Of a stretch of 64,000 nucleotides of DNA, positions 10,951 to 19,844 are shown piece by piece. The notes beneath the pieces are model-generated. The model did not search any database, was not told the DNA's origin, and was given only the letters and a program-made list of their open reading frames with translations. The stretch is from the NCBI GenBank assembly GCA_040326155.1, contig JBEQLE010000011.1, positions 8,077 to 72,076 on the forward strand, written 5' to 3'. Position 1 is the first letter of the stretch. Each line of letters begins with the position of its first letter. The DNA is from Leptospirales bacterium (lineage in GTDB: Bacteria > Spirochaetota > Leptospiria > Turneriellales > JAOUFE01). Position numbers and translations under genes: made by a program.

Positions 10951-11804
10951 TTTAATTTTTGGCCAGTTGTTTCGATGAATATTTGATCAAGCGAGGCTTC
11001 TTCGGTGTGGATGGTTTGAATTTCATGCTTGTTAAGAAGGCTAATGAAATTTGTATTTTCCCCAAGTTTATTCATCTCAAAAGATTTTTCCTTTTGTTTC
11101 CCGGAATTTAAATATTCAACCTTCACACTTTTTTTACCATATCGAAGTTTAAGCTCTTTGGGTGAATCAATGAGTCTGATTTTCCCTTCGACTAAAAAGG
11201 CAACCTGGTCACAGAGTTCATCAGCATCGGTCATATTGTGCGTGGTTAAAAAAATGGTTTTGCCACGATTTTTCAAGTCGATGATGATATCTTTTATGAT
11301 GCGCGCATTGGATGGGTCGAGCCCGGAAGTGGGTTCATCTAGAAATATCAGGTCGGGATCATGCAGTAAGGCGCGCACAAAGTTCAAACGCATTTTCATC
11401 CCTTTTGAGAATTCACCCACCCTTCGATCTTTTTCTGATTCTAAACCCACCATGCCTAGTAGGTCATTGGTTTTGTGCACAGGTTTCTGGTATAACGATG
11501 CGAAAAGGTCCAGGTTCTCTTTTGCCGTCAACTTAAGGTAGTGATTGGGCAGTTCAAAAGAGACGCCGATTTTTTCAAATATATCTCGTCCCCAATCTTT
11601 GATGTTTTTACCAAGTATGGTTAGGTTGCCTCTATAGGCGTCTCGCGTTTGGCGGGTGAGTATCGCTTGTGTGGTACTTTTTCCGGCCCCGCTTGGTCCA
11701 AGAAATCCAAAAACTTGCCCCGTTCCGACTTTGAATTCGATATTTTTTAAGGTGTCGTTTGTTCCATGCGGGTATTTGTAAGAGAGTTGTTCTACTTCAA
11801 TCAT
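10947..11804 (-). CDS. ABC transporter ATP-binding protein
   Basis: Walker A GPSGAGKS; signature FSKGM; Walker B FLDEP. Confidence 0.95.
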   Translation of the reverse strand: MIEVEQLSYKYPHGTNDTLKNIEFKVGTGQVFGFLGPSGAGKSTTQAILTRQTRDAYRGNLTILGKNIKDWGRDIFEKIGVSFELPNHYLKLTAKENLDLFASLYQKPVHKTNDLLGMVGLESEKDRRVGEFSKGMKMRLNFVRALLHDPDLIFLDEPTSGLDPSNARIIKDIIIDLKNRGKTIFLTTHNMTDADELCDQVAFLVEGKIRLIDSPKELKLRYGKKSVKVEYLNSGKQKEKSFEMNKLGENTNFISLLNKHEIQTIHTEEASLDQIFIETTGQKLK

Positions 11805-12573
11805 TATGTTCTCCTTCTATTTGTTTGTTCCCACTCTTTTTCGAGAGTCCTTTTATCATCAATTTGAGTGTCTTGGGTTCAACCGTATGAAAACTTCCGG
11901 GTTGTAGATCGAGCAATCGTTCCACACTTTTTTCAAAATACAATATATTTTTTTCCAGTTTCTTCGCGATGTCAGGATCTTCGCTAATAAACAGGTGTGC
12001 ATTTTTGGAACCCATATGTATAGCCAGTGCCATAATGGCCTCGGCTAACGAATCAGCCTCCTGGTCAGGATCAAGGCGTTTAAAATCTCCCAACTTGATA
12101 CCCTCTTCGATTATATTTCCGAAGAAGGGTACTGTGTCTTGAATAATCTGCTCATTGATTTTAACACGCAATTTGATATTTTCTTCTTTGTATAAGGCTT
12201 CATAACTAGCTTTCATTGTCTCCAGATTTTCTACTTTTATATTCTGGCTGTTTTGAAAAGACCGGTTCAATTTTTCCAGTGGGGTTATAGGCATTTCTAT
12301 AATTTTCTGAATTTGTTGTATTGCAGCAGTGGCAACCATGTTCACCATTTCAGAAAGAAGTTCATCTTTCGATTTAAAGTAATGGTAAAATGTTCCTTTT
12401 GCGATTCCCGTAGCGTGTAAGATATCAGTGATCGGAGTGTTTTCATAGCCTTGTGAAAAGAATAGTTTCTGGGCGGCTTGAATAATTTCGTTTTTTCGAA
12501 TTTCGGGATCTTTTATAATTCGTTCTTTTTTTGAATTGACTTTACTCGTTTCATTTTTCATTTCTGTGTTCAC
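11797..12573 (-). CDS. TetR/AcrR family regulator (start may be ATG 12561)
   Basis: HTH GIAKGTFYHYFKSKDELL. Confidence 0.93.
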   Translation of the reverse strand: MNTEMKNETSKVNSKKERIIKDPEIRKNEIIQAAQKLFFSQGYENTPITDILHATGIAKGTFYHYFKSKDELLSEMVNMVATAAIQQIQKIIEMPITPLEKLNRSFQNSQNIKVENLETMKASYEALYKEENIKLRVKINEQIIQDTVPFFGNIIEEGIKLGDFKRLDPDQEADSLAEAIMALAIHMGSKNAHLFISEDPDIAKKLEKNILYFEKSVERLLDLQPGSFHTVEPKTLKLMIKGLSKKSGNKQIEGEHND

Positions 12574-12589
12574 CGTTACTCGTGTTAGT

Positions 12590-12640
12590 TGTAGACCGAC
12601 CGTCGGTCTACATAATAGTAAATGATTCGTGTATCGTCAA
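12590..12640 (-). promoter_or_regulatory. sigma70 promoter with overlapping palindromic TetR operator
   Basis: Minus strand TTGACG-17bp-TATTAT (12640-12612); palindrome TGTAGACCGAC-C-GTCGGTCTACA 12590-12612. Confidence 0.8.
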
Positions 12641-12715
12641 GTTATTTTGCATTAAATCAGAACTCCATTATTAATCGTTCGATAGTACAGAAGCAACAAC
12701 GTAAAATTTGATGGT

Positions 12716-13060
12716 CTATGGATGCTTTGCCAGCCGTGCCTGACCAATATGTTGCAACGGACCGAACACCAATACTCTGAAAACTGTCGGTTCTGAAATA
12801 ACAACGTCAAGTTGTAATTTGACCGTATCGTCATCGGTCGCAACCGGATTGGCTCGGCTCACAGAGTCCATTATATTTTTCGGACCAGCACTGTTTGGGT
12901 TAGAAGTATCTGTAACGCCATAGCCGACAATGTCTTCCGTTTCCGGATTCAAAAAGATGATGACGGCGCTTTTCTTGTTCTCATTTGCAGCATCAGGTCC
13001 GAGAAATTTTCCACCACGGGCTGCGGGACGAATAATAATAGATGTATTTTCAGACTTCAT
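12716..13060 (-). CDS. Hypothetical protein, probably C-terminally truncated
   Basis: RBS GAGGA; globular-looking sequence that ends abruptly. Confidence 0.5.
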   Translation of the reverse strand: MKSENTSIIIRPAARGGKFLGPDAANENKKSAVIIFLNPETEDIVGYGVTDTSNPNSAGPKNIMDSVSRANPVATDDDTVKLQLDVVISEPTVFRVLVFGPLQHIGQARLAKHP

Positions 13061-13241
13061 TGGAAATCCTCGTAGTATTCCGATTCATTATATTATTTAA
13101 AGAAATATCAATTCTCAGATTAAAAATGTACATTAGATGCAATAAGTCTTTTGTAGTGGCTCCAAAAACCGTCATTATATTTGTGCTACAGATTAATTAC
13201 CTTGCTTGAGTTACTATAATACAAAGTTTGGTCATGGTTTT

Positions 13242-13673
13242 ATGAATGACAAACAGGCTTACGGTATCATTTTTACTTGCTGGTTAACTGCGACGATTGC
13301 GACATTAGGCAGTCTATTTTTCAGTGAAATAATGGAATTTGTACCTTGCACGCTGTGCTGGTACCAACGGATTTTTATGTATCCTTTGGTAATTTTATTT
13401 TTAATATCTTTATATCGGTTTGAAAAAAGTATTTTACTTTATTCTTTCCCATTTATTATATTGGGCTGGTTTTTCGCATTATACCATAATCTGGTACAGC
13501 TTGAAATTATTCCTGAGTCAGCTTCTCCCTGTGTTCAAGGAATACCCTGTTCAACAAAATATATAAATTGGCTAAATTTCATTACTATCCCTGCACTATC
13601 ATTTTTTGCCTTTTCTATATTGCTAATACTAATAATAATTTTTTATAAAGGATACTACAATGAAAAAAAATAA
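13242..13673 (+). CDS. bdbC: Disulfide bond formation protein, DsbB/BdbC family
   Basis: PCTLCWYQRIFMYP motif; second Cys pair PC...PC; 4 TM. Confidence 0.9.
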   Translation: MNDKQAYGIIFTCWLTATIATLGSLFFSEIMEFVPCTLCWYQRIFMYPLVILFLISLYRFEKSILLYSFPFIILGWFFALYHNLVQLEIIPESASPCVQGIPCSTKYINWLNFITIPALSFFAFSILLILIIIFYKGYYNEKK

Positions 13674-14313
13674 TATAATAATCGGTTTGACTCTGTTGAG
13701 TATGGCTACCCTGTTTGTCGGTGGTTCTTATTTTTATAAGTATAAAAAAGCCGAAAAGCAAAAGCAAACTCTTGAACAATACCGAAAAGATTTGGTTAAA
13801 AACTACAGCCCTGTTTATGGTGACCCAAACGCTCCGGTTGAAATTGTTGAGTTTCTAGATCCTGAATGCGAAACTTGCGCAACGTTTTTTCCTTTTGTAA
13901 AAGAAGTCATGAATCAATTCCCTGGAAAAGTAAAGTTAGTTATTCGCTATGCCCCCTTTCATCAGAACTCGGTTTTCGCAGTAAAAATACTTGAAGCAAC
14001 GAGGCACCAAAATAAATATTGGGAGACTCTTTCAAAGCTTTTTGAAATGCAACCCGTATGGGGCGATCATCATAACCCCAAGCCGATGTTAATCTGGACC
14101 TATTTATCAGAACTAGAAATTGATACGGAACAAATTAAACGTGACATGGAAAGTCCAGAAATTATGGTGAGAATACAAACCGATTTGGAAGATGTAAAAA
14201 CTTTCAACGTAAAGAAAACTCCTACTTTTTTTGTGAACGGTAAACCTCTAGAAAGCTTCGGATACAGGCAGCTCTTTGATGCCGTAAAAAAAGAAGTTGA
14301 AAATACAAAATAA
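13660..14313 (+). CDS. DsbA/BdbD-like thioredoxin-fold protein
   Basis: EFLDPECETC CxxC; TPTFFVNG; N-terminal anchor; overlaps bdbC. Confidence 0.9.
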   Translation: MKKNNIIIGLTLLSMATLFVGGSYFYKYKKAEKQKQTLEQYRKDLVKNYSPVYGDPNAPVEIVEFLDPECETCATFFPFVKEVMNQFPGKVKLVIRYAPFHQNSVFAVKILEATRHQNKYWETLSKLFEMQPVWGDHHNPKPMLIWTYLSELEIDTEQIKRDMESPEIMVRIQTDLEDVKTFNVKKTPTFFVNGKPLESFGYRQLFDAVKKEVENTK

Positions 14314-14494
14314 GGTCGCTACGTAAAACAGATGAAATAATAAAATTCATTGTAAGTATACTTATTTATGGAAATGTGGTGAGTACTATATTGGAAAAAT
14401 GGAAAACCCATAAAGCTCCCAACAATCGATTCGTCCAAAGCTTCGTTTGCAAGTTCAATTGTAGTATTCTATTTCGAAACGGAGGGGTTTTTCT

Positions 14495-15385
14495 ATGACT
14501 GGAAACTTAAAAAAAGTATATATATTTATATCTCTGACTTTTATCTGTAACTTTGGTTTGGTTGGCCTGTTTTTTGCATTGGGAGGAAAGTGGACCATGC
14601 CTGGTTCACTTATTATATCCATTTTATATATGTTTATTCCTATGATCGTATCGATCTTCGTTCAAAAAGTTATTTTTAAAGAATCCATTAAAGCGCCACT
14701 TGGTATCTCTTTCAAATTCAATCGTTGGTTTGTAATTGCCTGGCTTATACCTGCCTTCCTTGCCATTGCTACTTTAGGTTTAAGTTTGCTTTTACCCGGA
14801 GTTGAATTTTCCCCTGATATGGAGGGCATGTTCGAACGGTTTGCAGACTTAATACCCCCGGAACAAATGGAAGAGTTGCGAACCACGGAACTTTTTATGC
14901 ATCCTTTTTGGCTGGGACTGTTTCAAGGTTTAATCGCGGGAGTCACAATAAATGCCATTGCCGGGTTCGGCGAAGAGTTGGGCTGGCGGGGTCTATTACA
15001 AAAGGAGTTGGGCTTCTTAGGATTCTGGAAATCGTCCTTGATTATTGGCGTTATCTGGGGACTATGGCACGCGCCACTTATTCTTCAAGGTCACAATTAT
15101 CCAGAGCATCCGGTTTCTGGAGTTGTAATGATGACTATATTTACTGTTCTTATTTCGCCACTTTTTTGCTATATAAGAATAAAATCTCGATCGGTCATTG
15201 CAGCGGCCATTATTCATGGTTCCTTGAATGGAACCGCCGGCCTTGCCATAATGTTGCTTAAAGGTGGCAGCGATTTAACCGTAGGCGTAACCGGAGTATC
15301 AGGATTCATTGTTCTTGCCATTGTTAATATTGGACTATACTTTATGACCAGACATTCAGACCAAAAAACCTTGACTATATTGTAA
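14495..15385 (+). CDS. CPBP family intramembrane metalloprotease
   Basis: GEELGWRG, WGLWH, AIIHG motifs. Confidence 0.93.
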   Translation: MTGNLKKVYIFISLTFICNFGLVGLFFALGGKWTMPGSLIISILYMFIPMIVSIFVQKVIFKESIKAPLGISFKFNRWFVIAWLIPAFLAIATLGLSLLLPGVEFSPDMEGMFERFADLIPPEQMEELRTTELFMHPFWLGLFQGLIAGVTINAIAGFGEELGWRGLLQKELGFLGFWKSSLIIGVIWGLWHAPLILQGHNYPEHPVSGVVMMTIFTVLISPLFCYIRIKSRSVIAAAIIHGSLNGTAGLAIMLLKGGSDLTVGVTGVSGFIVLAIVNIGLYFMTRHSDQKTLTIL

Positions 15386-15414
15386 CAAGGAACAGGTTAA
15401 ATTCAGATTTTTAT

Positions 15415-15594
15415 ATGAAAAAATATATTCTATTCGCAGTCCTTTTCGTTGTTCTACCGATGTGTTCTAAAACGGCTCAATCCGAAGCTGATCAAGTATT
15501 CAAAAACCTGGAGCCCCGAAAAACTGTAAAAGATTTATCGGAACATATGAGCGTGGAAGAGATGTTAGGCGTAATTCATTGTAGAATTACCTGA
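15415..15594 (+). pseudogene. 5' fragment of a lipoprotein gene interrupted by cassette insertion
   Basis: MKKYILFAVLFVVLPMC signal/lipobox; reads into GTTAGGC at 15564 and stops a few codons later. Confidence 0.55.
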
Positions 15595-17074
15595 GATTTT
15601 ACTTGCACTGGCTTTAAGACATGCCAAACTGCCAATTGGCCTTTCCCTTTAACATCAATAAACCCTTTTGATTTGCAAACAAAATCATTCTTAATTAACT
15701 CATACGTAGACTTTGTTATTTGTATCATATCTTTTTCACCGTTTGATTCCATACGACTTGCTGTATTCACCGCATCACCCCAGAGGTCATAGATAAACTT
15801 TTTCTTCCCTATCACACCCGCGACTACGGGTCCTGAGTTAATTCCAATTCTAAATGAAATTTTTGTTCGATTATATTTGTTACCTCTAAAGTGTTTCTGA
15901 ATATCCAGGGCCAATGATACTAATGCAAAGGCGTGGTCATTGCGAGATTGAGGTATACCTGATGCTACCATATAGCAATCTCCTATTGTTTTTATCTTTT
16001 CTACATCATATTTTTCAACTAATTCATCAAAATAAGAAAATACTTCATTAAGCATTTGCACTAATTCTTTTGGTTTGCATTTTTGAGATAAAGGTGTGAA
16101 ATTGACAATATCAGCAAAAAGTATACTTACATTTTGATATTCATCTGCAATAGTGCGAGATCCACTTTTTAAAATATCTGCTATCTGTTTTGGTAATATA
16201 TTTAAAAGCAATTCCTCTGATTTCTCTCTTTCAATTTCTAATAATTTTGTAATTGTATTTTTCTGTGCCAAAAAGTATGATAATAAAATAAATACGACGG
16301 TTGATACACCAACAATATTCATTACATAAAATAATTTAATTAGCAAGGGCGTCAGTGTACCAGACGGCTTCATAGTTCCTTCAAAAATAAAGCCAATCAC
16401 AACTACAGCGATATAAGCTACAAACCATAAAATGGCTTTTTTTCTGGATAAAAATAAAAATGCCCCTAATGGGCAAGTAAATGACCAAAGTATAACAGCA
16501 CTGGAATAATGGAAGTCGCCAAGAGAAATCATGAGAAATAATGGTAATAAAAGAGGTAGTAATAACTGAAGAAATCGAAAAAGTTTATACTTGTGAAAAG
16601 TAAAGTAAACGGCGATGCTGGTAAGAGATAATATACTATAAGTCCATGGGATATATGCCGACCTTACTTCCCCATAGATGAAGTATATTAAACCCCAGAA
16701 TGCACCAAACGTGGCAATCAAAAGTGATGATAATACTAAAATTTTCTTCTGTAATTTAATCTCTGAGTCGTCATTCTTGTCCTCAGAAGAAATTAATAAT
16801 TTATTGACCAAGTTCATATGCCTACCATCTTTTATTTCAATTTAATCATATGGAGTCATTCCAAACAATTATTATTCACAAATATACGATTACCCATAAT
16901 GAACTACGCCTAACAAATTTTATCTGTTCGGGCCAACTTTGCTGTCCCTCAGGTCTCACAATGATATTTTTCATATTTTGGTTTTACAGTAAAGACATTT
17001 TCTCTTCAAACAGCATCTTACTGATTGCTCAACCACATTTTGGCTTCACCAAAACGTCAGAAAAAATCAATAAG
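15565..17074 (+). mobile_element. Putative integron-type gene cassette carrying an inverted adenylate cyclase gene
   Basis: G|TTAGGCGTAATTCATT (15564-15580) is 16/17 complementary to AATGAACTACGCCTAAC (16898-16914), which is followed by an attC-like site. Confidence 0.65.
15576..16817 (-). CDS. Membrane-bound class III adenylate cyclase
   Basis: 6 TM; FADIVNFT, KIKTIGDCYM, YDLWGDAVNTASRME. Confidence 0.93.
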   Translation of the reverse strand: MNLVNKLLISSEDKNDDSEIKLQKKILVLSSLLIATFGAFWGLIYFIYGEVRSAYIPWTYSILSLTSIAVYFTFHKYKLFRFLQLLLPLLLPLFLMISLGDFHYSSAVILWSFTCPLGAFLFLSRKKAILWFVAYIAVVVIGFIFEGTMKPSGTLTPLLIKLFYVMNIVGVSTVVFILLSYFLAQKNTITKLLEIEREKSEELLLNILPKQIADILKSGSRTIADEYQNVSILFADIVNFTPLSQKCKPKELVQMLNEVFSYFDELVEKYDVEKIKTIGDCYMVASGIPQSRNDHAFALVSLALDIQKHFRGNKYNRTKISFRIGINSGPVVAGVIGKKKFIYDLWGDAVNTASRMESNGEKDMIQITKSTYELIKNDFVCKSKGFIDVKGKGQLAVWHVLKPVQVKSQVILQ

Positions 17075-17080
17075 TTGTTC
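16908..17080 (+). repeat. attC-like recombination site
   Basis: R'' GCCTAAC; L-arm ATTTTATCTG pairing with CAGAAAAAAT (17058-17067); R' GTTGTTC (17074). Confidence 0.6.
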
Positions 17081-17105
17081 ATTTATTATCACGATAATCG
17101 GAACT

Positions 17106-17405
17106 TTACTTCTTCAATCGGTCACGCCAATAGTAAGGTTTGCGGCTCATATGTGCTACAGCAACTATCCAAATAACGTCTTTCATCTCAATATAGTTAA
17201 TGGAGTATGGAAACCGGAGAAGTGAACAACAACTGGTACCATTTGTATTTATAGGCCAACGTTTTGGTGATTTCAAAATATTAACGAATGCTTGACTTAC
17301 TTCCTGCTCAAAATCTAATCCCAATCCTGAAGACTTGGTTTCGTAATAATCAACTGCTTGCCAAAGTTCCAATTCTGCTTCATGGTGAACGATAAGACGT
17401 TTCAT
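17106..17405 (-). CDS. RelE/ParE family toxin
   Basis: EAELEL...YYE...GLGLDF, RFPYSI, AVAHMSRKPYYW. Confidence 0.9.
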   Translation of the reverse strand: MKRLIVHHEAELELWQAVDYYETKSSGLGLDFEQEVSQAFVNILKSPKRWPINTNGTSCCSLLRFPYSINYIEMKDVIWIVAVAHMSRKPYYWRDRLKK

Positions 17406-17635
17406 GAATATTTTGATCTAATTTCAGAAAGTATTTCTTCAGCTGGTCTCCCTTTCGCTGTGCCGTTTTTAATTTCTTTTACACGTTTTTCAATCTCTAC
17501 ATTCCAGGCAATTTCGGTTTGACTATCTTCTGGGATATCATCCAAACTTACAATGAGGTCATGAGCCAACTTAGCTCTTTCATCAGAAGATAGAGTATAA
17601 GCCTTATTGGCTACTTCATGTAATAATGAAGACAT
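17402..17635 (-). CDS. Addiction module antitoxin
   Basis: LSSDERAKLAHDLIVSLD...AWNVEIEKR; ATGA overlap with toxin. Confidence 0.9.
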   Translation of the reverse strand: MSSLLHEVANKAYTLSSDERAKLAHDLIVSLDDIPEDSQTEIAWNVEIEKRVKEIKNGTAKGRPAEEILSEIRSKYS

Positions 17636-17877
17636 TGTTTTCCATCCTTATATATTGAAAGTTACAATTATAATTGAAACTCTGCATTTTATAATCATAT
17701 ATCAAGAAGGTTATATGACCATATAGAAATAATTATTATTTTATCATGATGTCAATAATTTATTTTAATCTTCCTGGCCCGTAAATGGACAAGCTTTTTG
17801 CCTATAACATTCATTGCCAACTAGTACAACCCGTATTAAAAACCGCCTCTTTTTAAGCGTCGGCCTGATCTTTGTTA

Positions 17878-18693
17878 TCAATACTGACTGAGTAGCGCCA
17901 TTTTTCTGGCTTTTTTTTCCATCATGGAAAAAAGAAGATAACCTGCGACACAAAATATAATCGAGTAAAAAGCCTGGTTCAGGTAGATCATAAAAATGTC
18001 CTGTCCGGGATTCTGAAAATAGTGTGACAGGTTTTTCATCCCAAGAGTCAGCGGGAAGATGTCGTATAACACCGCCCAGAAGGAGTCGTCGGCGAGAGCG
18101 GAGCGGTCTTGCCAGAAAAGGCCAAGCAGCCCGAAATTTATAATCTGAAAAAATGTTCCCACTCGTTTAAAAAGCAGAGTTACGCCTGCAAATATGTACG
18201 CTATTCCATACACCCCGATGGCGATTAAAAACAGACCCGGTATGACAACATAAAAAACAGAGAGCGATAGGTCGACATCAGGCATGGATAATATATACGC
18301 GCTCATTAAAAGGAAAAAACTCATTGTCTGTCGTGGAAACTGCGAAAACCCTCTGGCAAGTAAAACTGTGCCAAGCCTATGGCCCGATATTGAAAGTTGC
18401 TCGAGTGTTCCCGTCTGGCTCTCGTTTGAAATCTGGCCCGACCATCCCATTTGTGAGCTCATGACAAACTGCATAAGACAATAACCTAAAATCATTCTGT
18501 TATGATCAATTTCGAGGCCGCCTTTATCTGACAGCTGAGAAACCCCAAGAATTATAGCCATCAATATTACATACATAAAAAATATGAAGGAGATGATTTC
18601 CATTGGGTAGCGTTTTAAAAACAGGTACTCTCTTTTAAGTTCTGCCTTAACCAACAGAAAAAACTCACCCATATATTTCCAGACATTATCCAC
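17878..18693 (-). CDS. ABC-2 type permease (start may be ATG 18672)
   Basis: KRYP, ESQTGTLEQL motifs; multi-TM. Confidence 0.85.
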   Translation of the reverse strand: MDNVWKYMGEFFLLVKAELKREYLFLKRYPMEIISFIFFMYVILMAIILGVSQLSDKGGLEIDHNRMILGYCLMQFVMSSQMGWSGQISNESQTGTLEQLSISGHRLGTVLLARGFSQFPRQTMSFFLLMSAYILSMPDVDLSLSVFYVVIPGLFLIAIGVYGIAYIFAGVTLLFKRVGTFFQIINFGLLGLFWQDRSALADDSFWAVLYDIFPLTLGMKNLSHYFQNPGQDIFMIYLNQAFYSIIFCVAGYLLFSMMEKKARKMALLSQY

Positions 18694-19615
18694 CGTTCAC
18701 GCTCCTTAAAAAGACCTCTTCGAGGTCGTCTTGTGTTTGTCGAACAGAAATAATCTGCTCGCTTTTTTTTGAAACAGTTTCCAACGCTTCTTTAAAACCT
18801 TCTGCGCTTTTACAATCAATTTCCATTTCTGTAAGATCGCCGTTTGAATTTTTTACTTTCACATCATATTTTTTCTTCCAGAGCGCCGGCGGTGTGAATT
18901 TACCTTTTACTACAAACTCGTATAAATATTTTTTTGCAATTTGCTTTAACTCTTGAATTGTCCCTTCTCGAATGAGTTCCCCTTTGTTTATTATGCCCAC
19001 ACGATCTGCCAATTTGTCGACCAGGTCCATTTGGTGCGTCGTTAGTAAAATTGTTTTTCCCTCTTTCTTTGCAAGGTCGCGAATCTTTTGTTTAATTTTT
19101 CTGGCGCTTGCCACATCTACTCCCAGGGTCGGTTCATCTAAAAGTAATATCTGGGGGTCGGTAATGAGCGCCGATGCGATCGCCAGTTTCTGTAACATTC
19201 CTCGTGAAAGGTGTCTGCTCTGATTTTTTTTCTTGGCGTCAATATCAAGGTCGACCAGGTATTGTTCAGCTTTTGCTTTTATGGTTCGAGTTGGAACACC
19301 GCGTAAATTCGCAAAATAATGTAAATTTTCAAGAGGAGTTAGTCTCCAGTAGACATTGCGCGTACCTTCTAAAACTGCGCTTAAAGCTTCGTAATTTTTT
19401 ACTTTTTTATCATCGAACAAAATTTTTCCCGAAGTTGGAATAATCAGACCTGCTATCATTTTTATGAGAGTTGATTTTCCCGCACCGTTTGGCCCTAGTA
19501 ATGCATAAATTTCACCGGGTTTTATTTCAAAACTGACATTTTTTACAGCTTCGACGGTCTTCTTGCTTAATAATTTAGTATATGTTTTCGTTATATTTTC
19601 AACTTGAACTTTCAC
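18686..19615 (-). CDS. ABC transporter ATP-binding protein
   Basis: GPNGAGKS, LSRGM, LLDEP; GTG 19615 preferred start. Confidence 0.93.
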   Translation of the reverse strand: MKVQVENITKTYTKLLSKKTVEAVKNVSFEIKPGEIYALLGPNGAGKSTLIKMIAGLIIPTSGKILFDDKKVKNYEALSAVLEGTRNVYWRLTPLENLHYFANLRGVPTRTIKAKAEQYLVDLDIDAKKKNQSRHLSRGMLQKLAIASALITDPQILLLDEPTLGVDVASARKIKQKIRDLAKKEGKTILLTTHQMDLVDKLADRVGIINKGELIREGTIQELKQIAKKYLYEFVVKGKFTPPALWKKKYDVKVKNSNGDLTEMEIDCKSAEGFKEALETVSKKSEQIISVRQTQDDLEEVFLRSVNGG

Positions 19616-19773
19616 CCTGTCAGGATAATATATTATAGCAGTGTTGGCAAATTGTATTTTATGTTTTCCCACCTCTGGTATTGGAGAAAACTTCGGACGC
19701 CGGGGGGTAGCGTAATAACGTTTTTGTTTTGCCAAAAACAAAAACTTATGCAGCGTGGGGGGCCAGATACCTA

Positions 19774-19805
19774 CCGTAGAGACGCGATTTATCGCGTCCC
19801 TACGG
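19774..19805. repeat. REP-like palindrome (GTAG type), ACGCGAT core family copy 1
   Basis: CCGTAGAGACGCGATTTATCGCGTCCCTACGG inside a longer GGGGGGC...GCCCCCC hairpin. Confidence 0.8.
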
Positions 19806-19844
19806 CGAGGTGTGCATTCAAAGCCCCCCTTTTATGAAGTTAAT

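Noticed and set aside
14320..14350. Possible right-half attC remnant (CAGATGAAAT, complementary to 25456-25465)
   Set aside because: A 10-bp match in AT-rich DNA with no GTT core; could be chance.
16850..17225. Plus-strand ORFs 16850-17176 and 17025-17225
   Set aside because: They overlap the attC-like site and the antisense strand of the toxin; no protein-like features.
17799..17880. Second complete attC closing a TA cassette (GCCTATAAC...GTTATCA)
   Set aside because: L-box pairing is poor and the R'' is not complementary to the GTTGTTC at 17074; at most a degenerate remnant.
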